Of a stretch of 64,000 nucleotides of DNA, positions 56,418 through 64,000 are shown piece after piece (the stretch's first letter is position 1; the number at the start of each line of letters is the position of its first letter). The translations under genes and the position numbers were made by a program. This stretch comes from Octopus vulgaris. Its lineage: Eukaryota. A model generated the notes under the pieces. The model made no database searches. It saw only the letters and a program-made list of their open reading frames with translations, and had not been told where the DNA came from. Location: positions 55,118,001 through 55,182,000 of the forward strand of contig OX597833.1 of the NCBI GenBank assembly GCA_951406725.2. The letters run 5' to 3'.

Positions 56418-58110
56418 CAATAACTATAGTTATTTTACTAAATTCCTCACTATTTTCAAATTTAATTGAAACAAACATAATATATTTCAACAGAAATATG
56501 GTAACAAAAGCCTTGATATGTTTACCATAGCAGCCATTACTGTTCACGTTTATCATCACAGCCATTAACAGTTAACATGTTTATGACAGTGTCATGGTCA
56601 TCATGGCAACTATTACCATTAACATGTTTATCACCACAACCATTTCTTTTAACATGTTCATCACTACTGCCATTAGTACCATCATGTTCATCTTTACTGC
56701 TGTTAGTTTTACCATGTTCATAATCACAGTTTTTGCCATCATTATGTTCATTGTGACCCACTGGTGATTCTCTCATTACTATTAGAACCAACCACTATGC
56801 AAGCATCATCATCATCATCATCATCACCAAAGTTACCATCAATGCTATCCCTATCATCAGCACCATAGTCTTGAACTTCATTCGCTGTGGTTACCGAAAC
56901 GAATTGTTGTCAGCGTTGCTACCACCACTGCTACAACCATCGTAAACACCATTATAACAGCTGCTACTATGAACACAACCACCACAACCAATATCACAGT
57001 TGTAAACACATATCTCTGCCACCACCACCATCACCATCACCACAACCATTACTACTGCTACCACCACCACCACCACCATCATCATCATCAACAACAACAC
57101 CTGCATATAACCTATGAAAATGTAAATAACAATTGTTGGAGATGTACTGCTGTGCTTTAAAACACGAAGAAGAGTTCAGGTGCGTTGTTTAGTAAGGTCA
57201 ATAGCAGGGGTCAGCTCCAAATATGTCTTCTTAGCTGATGGCACTTAAACTTTTCTTGAAGTCTTCTTACTAAGATTCTGGAAAAGTTTCCAATAAAACT
57301 TTCGGTCTTTTTCTCCAGTGGATACTGAAGAGAGAAATATCACGCTCGCAGCCATCAGGGCTGAAATACTTCTTTCCGTGATCCACAGCATGAAAAGCCA
57401 AAGTTTAGTTCCGAACTGCAATCTCGCAGCCAAAACCTCTCCCACCTTCCCTCCCTCCTTTTTTCCCTTCCTTCCTTCCTTCCTTCCTTCCTTCCTTTCT
57501 CTCCTCTCCCTCTCTCCCTTTCTCTCTCATTCTGCTGCACACATTCCCTCTTATACAGTGTGTGTATTAATATAAATATAAAATCACCATCATTTTTATT
57601 TCCACTTTCCATGCTGGCATGGGTTAGATTGGAACCAACCCATGCCCCATCTAACCTATGGAATTGCAGAAATACATATAAAATATATGAAATATGGCTT
57701 TGTTGGTACAAAATTTTAAAAAAATAGAGCTTAAGACATAAATATGCCTTCTTTCCTGAGCGTCCAATAATACCTTATTTGTTCCACGTCCTCGCGTTGT
57801 TGTGTTTTTTTGTTTCTTTTTGTGTTTTCTTGTTTGGATTAACTATATATATAGATATAGGGTGAAATATAATTAATTTAATAAAATCAACAAATTTCAC
57901 TTAGTAGTATTTCGGTATGGAAAAGGACCATATTCAGTAAAAATTTATATAATTATAATAATAAGGGTTTTTTGCGACAAGTTGCTTAAACCACATACCG
58001 AAAATATTATAATATATATATATAATATATATGCATATTCATGTCTTAAGTTATTACGGAGATTTACTTGCATAGCAAGTGACGTGATCTGAGATCGTGT
58101 GCTGGAACGA

Positions 58111-58266
58111 AAACAATTGCAGCATGGAAGGTGTTTATAAGCCATTTAAGAAACACACAAAAACCGTTAGATTCACTTCAACATTTAAATTTAATTTATG
58201 AATCTAACGGTTTTTGTGTGTGTTTCTTAAATGGCTTATAAACACTTTTCCATGCTGCAATTGTTT
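58111..58266. repeat. Long inverted repeat (~65-bp arms, 23-nt loop)
   Basis: 58111-58175 is the near-perfect reverse complement of 58199-58266. Confidence 0.92.
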
Positions 58267-58319
58267 GATAAGGTTAAGTGTTTTCTTCAAACTCTCATTT
58301 CACATTTCATAAAAATATT

Positions 58320-58735
58320 CGCAGGAGCGGCTGTGTGGTAAGTAGCTTGTTTACCAACCACATGGCTCTGGGTTCAGTCCCACTGCGTGGCACCTTGGGC
58401 AAGTGTCTTCGACTATAGCCTCAGGCCAACCAAAGCCTTGTGAGTGGATTTTGTAGACGGAAACTGAAAGAAGCCCGTCGTATATATGTATATATATATA
58501 TATGCATGTGTGTGTGTTTGTGTGTCTGTGTTTGTCCCCCTAGCATTGCTTGACAACCGATGCTGGTGTGTTTATGTCCCCGTTACTTAGCGGTTCGGCA
58601 AAAGAGACCGATAGAATAAGTACTGGGCTTACAAAAGAATAAGTCCCGGGGTCGAGTTGCTCGGTTAAAGGCGGTGCTCCAGCATGGCCGCAGTCAAATG
58701 ACTGAAACAAGTAAAAGAGTAAAGAGTAAGAGAGT
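58320..58735 (+). mobile_element. SINE family A
   Basis: Full-length copy. Confidence 0.9.
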
Positions 58736-59026
58736 GAATATTTCAAAAGAAAAGCAGGCTTAGTTTGCTAATTAATGCTCAGAAACAATGTAACTCCGAG
58801 TACGGGAAATCAGAACCTTTCCGTTATAACGTATTGAGGAATACTCTTCATTTGTATTGAATCTTGTTGTTTATATGTGTATGTAGCGAACAAATGTGTG
58901 GAGTGGAAAGGAAGTGTTTGAAGAGACCAAGATAATGCATGCAAGACTCAAAAGAGATTTAACCCTTTAGCATTCAAACCGGCCATATCTGGCCAAAATA
59001 TTTAACCTGTTTTATATTGAAACTGA

Positions 59027-59668
59027 CCAGATCTGTCCTCTCACCTCAGCCCTACAATGCCATTCTAAAACTAAAAAAATCACATCTCTGAAATCTCCAA
59101 ACTACAAGATAATGCAATGATTAATTCAAACCATTTTAAATAAACAAACATCACATTTGACAGAATAATCTGAACACTAAAGGGTTAATGTTATGGTTAA
59201 GAAGGTGAACCACAATGACCCTTTTTGTGTGCACAGTTTCTAACAGACCATGCCTTTTTTTTTTTGCTGGACTCAAATATAATTTGCAAACCCGTGGAAA
59301 ATGAACCTCCACCGCCTACTCTGCCTATATGTCTGTGCTCACCTTCAGATCTCGCCTCTCACCTCAGCCCTACCATGTCATTCTAAAACTAAAAAAAATC
59401 ACATCTCTGAAATCTCCAAACTACAAGATAATGCAGGATTAATTCAAACCATTTTAAATAAACAAACATCATATTTGACAGAATAATCTGAACACTAAAG
59501 GGTTAATGTTATGGTTAAGAAGGTGAACCACAATGACCTTTTTGTGTGCACAGTTTGTAAGAGACCATGCCTTTTTTTTTTTTTTTTTTGCTGGGCTTAA
59601 ATCTCATTTGTGAACCCATGGAAAACGAACCTCCACCAACTACTCTACCTATATGCCTGTGCTCACCT
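59027..59668. repeat. ~318-bp tandem duplication
   Basis: TCACCTCAGCCCTAC at 59041 and 59359; covers the MITE 3' part plus flank. Confidence 0.88.
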
Positions 59669-59689
59669 TTGGATGCAGTGTATGCACTA

Positions 59690-60082
59690 GGCACAGGTGT
59701 GATATGCTTCCCAACCTTGCTTTCCAACCACGTGGAACCCGTTGCAGTCCCAACACATTGCACCTTGGGCAAGTGTCTTCTACTATGGCCTCGAGCTGAC
59801 CAAAGCATTATGAGTGGATTTGGTAGACGGAAACTGAGAGAAGCTTGTTGCGTGTGTGTTTGTGTATGTGTTTGTCCCTCACCACTGGTTGGTAACCAGT
59901 GTTGGTCTGTTTACATTCCCTAAATTAGCAGTTTGGCAAAAGAGATCGATGAAATAAGACTTTAAAAAAAATATGATAATAATAATAATAATAATAAGTA
60001 CTGGGATCAATTCATTCGATTAAAAGTGTCTGCAAGGTGGTGCCCCAGCATGGCCACAGTCGAATGACTGAAACAAGTAAAA
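59690..60082 (+). mobile_element. SINE family A, older diverged copy
   Basis: CACCTTGGGCAAGTGTCTTC and GCCCCAGCATGGCCACAG...TGACTGAAACAAGT retained. Confidence 0.8.
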
Positions 60083-61486
60083 TTTCAAAAGCTAGGGGAA
60101 CATGCTAAACCCAGCAAATCAGAGAGAATTAACCTGAAATGAAAATCCTGTGCAGGATATTTTCTGAATTGTGTTATCGTTTTATTGATTTTTGAAGTAT
60201 TGCACTTATTTCACATCACAGATGTGCAGTGTTTTGTGCAAGTGCAAATAAACGTGCATTGCACATAATAAACATCTGCACAGTCACAAGGGAAGAAAAT
60301 CTTTGTCAAATTCAGGTCAAGGATACGGTATATTATTGATTCTTCTGTTAAATTTTTTTTTTGTGTTTTTTTTTTTTTGAAGCAGTGCCTGTTAGCTCAG
60401 CCAAAGCATTTTAGTGGTGGTGGTGGCGGCGGCGGCGGCGGTGATGACGACGACGATGACGAAGAAGTTATCTGCATTTATTCAGCTTCTAATGATGATT
60501 GCACTCTGCTGACATCTGACACGATTACTGGAAACGATATAATGACGTAACCCTAACTCCTGGAAGACCTGTCAGAAAATTTTAGATCTCATCAAAATAA
60601 AGTCGATCCATCCCATTAACGATATTGCCGTCGTTACTGAGCGAGCAAGATGAGTTTTCTCTCGTATACACTGCAATCAGAAATATTTCGTTATTTAAGA
60701 AAGTGTAATGATGTAAAAACCGCCTCAGACATATTGCACTTAGGAAATGGTAGGGCCAAGTGTTGTTGTGGTTTTGGTTTCTTCTGCTTGTTGTTGTTGG
60801 TGTCTGAGAGCGATTTGGTTGGTTTTGGTTGATATTGATTACGAAACCTTGGCACAAGGCCAAACATTTGCAGAGTATATGTGAGTGTGTGTGTTTGTAT
60901 GCATGTGCACGTGTGTTAGTGGAAGTATGTGTTTGCATTTGATTAAATCAACTCCAATACCTGTCGCGTACTTTATTTTATCGACCCCAGAAGGAGGAAA
61001 GACAGAAACCAATTTTGGCAAGATTTGAACTCAGAATGCGAAGGGCTGTTGCTAAATACTGCAAAATATTTTCTCCTTCACTCTGGGTTTTCTTTTTTTC
61101 TTTTATGTCACTCTTTATACTGAGGAACCCTCAGTTTTTTTTTTCTTTCTACTTGATCATGGCATTATGCAGTTGATCAAATACTTTTTATAATACACAT
61201 ATACTGTGGTAGACATACAAGTATGAGATATTAGGTATGATGGTTTTGTTGTTTGATTAGTGGTTTGGCCATGACCACTTCATCTTTGCGAATGACTTGT
61301 ACAATCCTTAAATCAAATCTTGCTATTGTCAACTTAGCCATCTACCCTTCAGTGAAGGGATTCGAATAAACAATCAGACAAATACATGGAATAAACTAAA
61401 TAACTATCGTCACCATTCTTTTTTCCCTGCTATCTCCATCTGCAACAGAATGCACGCTAATATGAGAAAGTTGCCTCTATAGTATT

Positions 61487-61901
61487 TGTTTCTTTAATGC
61501 CAACAAGGGGCTAAACGTAGAGGGGACAAACAAGGACAGACAAATGGATTAAGTCGATTACATCAACCCCAGTGCATAACTGGTACTTAATTTATCAACC
61601 CCGAAAGGATGAAAGGCAAAGTCGACCTCGGCGGAATTTGAACTCAGAATGTGGCGGCAGACAAAATACCTATTTCTTTACTACCCACAAGGGGCTAAAC
61701 ACAGAGGGGACAAACAAGGACAGACAAATGGAATAAGTCGATTACATCAACCCCAGTGCGTAACTGGTACTTAATATATCGACCCCGAAAGGATGAAAGG
61801 CAAAGTCGACCTTGGCGGAATTTGAACTCAGAACGTAGAGGCAGACGAAATACGGCTACGCATTTTGCCCGGCATACTAATGGTTCTGCCAGCTCGCCGC
61901 C
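61487..61901 (-). mobile_element. SINE family B head-to-tail dimer with ~27-bp TSD
   Basis: ATATGAG(A/G)AAGTTGCCTCTATAGTATT at 61460-61486 and 61903-61929. Confidence 0.88.
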
Positions 61902-62837
61902 CATATGAGGAAGTTGCCTCTATAGTATTAATCTACATTACTGGGCATGCCCCATATTAGTTTTATCATCTATATTCTTCTGTGTTGGCTTGTTGAAAGA
62001 AGGGGATTAATTTTGGAGTTTTCCTTCACTTAAATTGATTGCTTTCACCACAGCTAAGGGACTCAATCTGTCCTTACAAAAATCTATACCATCCATAGCG
62101 GGGACCTTGGCAGGTACAACTGTTCCAGTTCAGAACAGACCTGAGAGTAATGAGAATTAAAGGGTGACCCTATGCCCCCTGCAAATCCAGAACTCTCAAA
62201 CTGGACCCTTACTACCAGATGCGGTTAGTTAAATGTCGTATGTAGGACTAATCAACTATAATTTATTATTCAACCCCTCTCCACTCTTAAATAGTAAATT
62301 GCAGTTTCTGTAACGATGTTCAAAAATCAGTTTTTAATTCTTAAAGTCCCGTACAAGATATCCACAGTGGTTGCCAAATCTTCAACTGCATGAAACCACT
62401 GTTCAAATAGTGTTGTTGTTGTTGTTGTTATTGTTGTTGTTTGGAGGTCAGAACCTGATGCTAAGAATTCTTCCATACTAGAAACAAAGTTTAGTCTTAT
62501 TTTAGACAGAACTTCTTATCAAAAGACTTCTTGTTCACCCCATATTTTTTTGTAATCGGTTTCAGCTCAAAGCTGTGGCCATGCTGGGGCACCATCGTTA
62601 TATGTTTATTTTTTGCATTTTATCAAGTACGTACTCTGATTTTTCTTGTTTTTTTAAAAATTTAATTATCAAGCTCAATAGTAGTAAATGTCTTAAGTGG
62701 TAAGTTAAAAATTGGGTGATTTTGGATATTAATCATTTATTTATTTATCTATTTCGCTTTTGGATTTGGTTTGCAAGATTCTTTATATGAGTTTGTGTGT
62801 TGAAGCAATTTTGTTGTGTCTGGGGAGAGTCATTTTC

Positions 62838-63120
62838 TTTTTGTGCCTTATAATTTAATACACTCACCGGTGAAATTTCCATTTATTTCTTATTTATATT
62901 TTCCTAAAATTTTCGTTGCATCTTGCAACCTTTTCAATAGTCAAAACTATTGAAAAGATTGCAAGACACAATGAAAATTTTTGGAAATTAAAAATAAGAA
63001 ATAAGTGGAAATTTAACCGGTGAGTGTGTTAAATTATAAGGCACAAAAATAGTCAAGACTACTGAAAAGGGTTACAAGATGCAACAAAAATTTTAGGAAA
63101 ATAAAAATAAGAAATAAGTG
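62838..63120. repeat. Long inverted repeat (~104-bp arms, 4-nt loop) plus a third partial arm
   Basis: 62838-62941 pairs with 62946-63049; partial direct repeat at 63050-63120. Confidence 0.9.
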
Positions 63121-63441
63121 TTCGTCTATTTGTTTATTAATTAATGATTTACATTAAATAAATAACGTGAGAAATCAGTAACCAAGAATCAATATCTTGT
63201 AAATGCATGTGGGAACACGTGTAATCAATTTCATGTATTCACTCAACCATGGTAGGTGATGGTGACCTGACAATAAGTAACAGAAACTACATTCACAATG
63301 AACACTGATGATTGTTAAATATCACGAGAATTATTAGCATGTCTGACAAACTGCTTCATAGCCTTTCTTTTGGCTCTTGATATCCTCGGTTCAAATCACA
63401 CCAAAGTCAGCTTTGCCTTTCATTTTTTTTTTTTCAGTGTC

Positions 63442-63840
63442 GAGTGGCTGTGTGGTAAGTAGCTTGCTTACCAACCACATGGTTCAGTCCCACTGCATGG
63501 CATCTTGGGCAAGTGTCTTCTGCTATAGCCCCGGGCCGACCAATGCCTTGTGAGTGAATTTGGTAGACGGAATCTGAAAGAAGCCTGTCGTATATATGTA
63601 TATATATATATATATGTATGTGTGTGTCTGTGTTTGTCCCCCTAGCATTGCTTGACAACCGATGCTGGTGTGTTTATGTCCCCGTTACCTAGCGGTTCGG
63701 CAAAAGAGACCGATGGAATAAGTCCTGGGCTTACAAAGAATAAGTCCCGGGGTCGAGTTGCTCGATTAAAGGCGGTGCTCCAGCATGGCCACAGTCAAAT
63801 GACTGAAACAAGTAAAAGAGTAAAAGAGTAAAAAAAGAGA
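63442..63840 (+). mobile_element. SINE family A
   Basis: Near full-length copy. Confidence 0.9.
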
Positions 63841-63924
63841 GTACAATAAAGTGCTAACCAATCACTGAGATCAATATTATTGACAGACCCCACCATTCTC
63901 AAAATTTCAGACCTTGTGCCTATA

Positions 63925-64000
63925 TATTTCTTTATTGCCCACGAGGGGGCTAAACACAGAGGGGACAAACAAGGACAGACAAAGAGATCAAGTCGATTAC
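63925..64000 (-). mobile_element. SINE family B 3' end (continues beyond the window)
   Basis: TTTCTTTATTGCCCACGAGGGGGCTAAACACAGAGGGGACAAACAAGG. Confidence 0.8.

Noticed and set aside
60198-60282. TATTGCAC (miR-92 seed-like) near a TGCA-rich imperfect hairpin
   Set aside because: The sequence after the seed does not match miR-92, and there is no convincing precursor.

Overview
AT-rich eukaryotic genomic DNA, most likely from a coleoid cephalopod (Octopus-like). This is inferred from the SINE structure and the extreme (ATT)n/(AT)n/(GT)n/(CT)n density, not from a search. The window looks like a long intron or intergenic region. I cannot recognise any cellular protein-coding gene, and nearly all ORFs in the track are microsatellite or SINE translations. 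Contents: about 20 copies of a ~400-bp tRNA-derived SINE (family A), about 14 of a ~270-bp SINE (family B), several family C SINEs and RTE-tail elements (family E). There is also one clear RTE-type LINE 3' fragment with a TSD, plus Helitron-like, hAT-, mariner-, piggyBac- and Merlin-like non-autonomous elements. Further features are a young 164-bp tandem array, several local duplications and two long fold-back structures. The most interesting leads are: (i) a non-coding retroposon family found only in (ATT)n context with fixed polarity; (ii) fold-backs carrying hammerhead-like cores, one with a U3-A8 covariation; (iii) SINE dimers with the same junction moving as units; (iv) window-wide strand asymmetry of microsatellites; (v) a few well-bounded orphan exon candidates. 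None of these is proven to be a new system. Family names A-E are my own labels.
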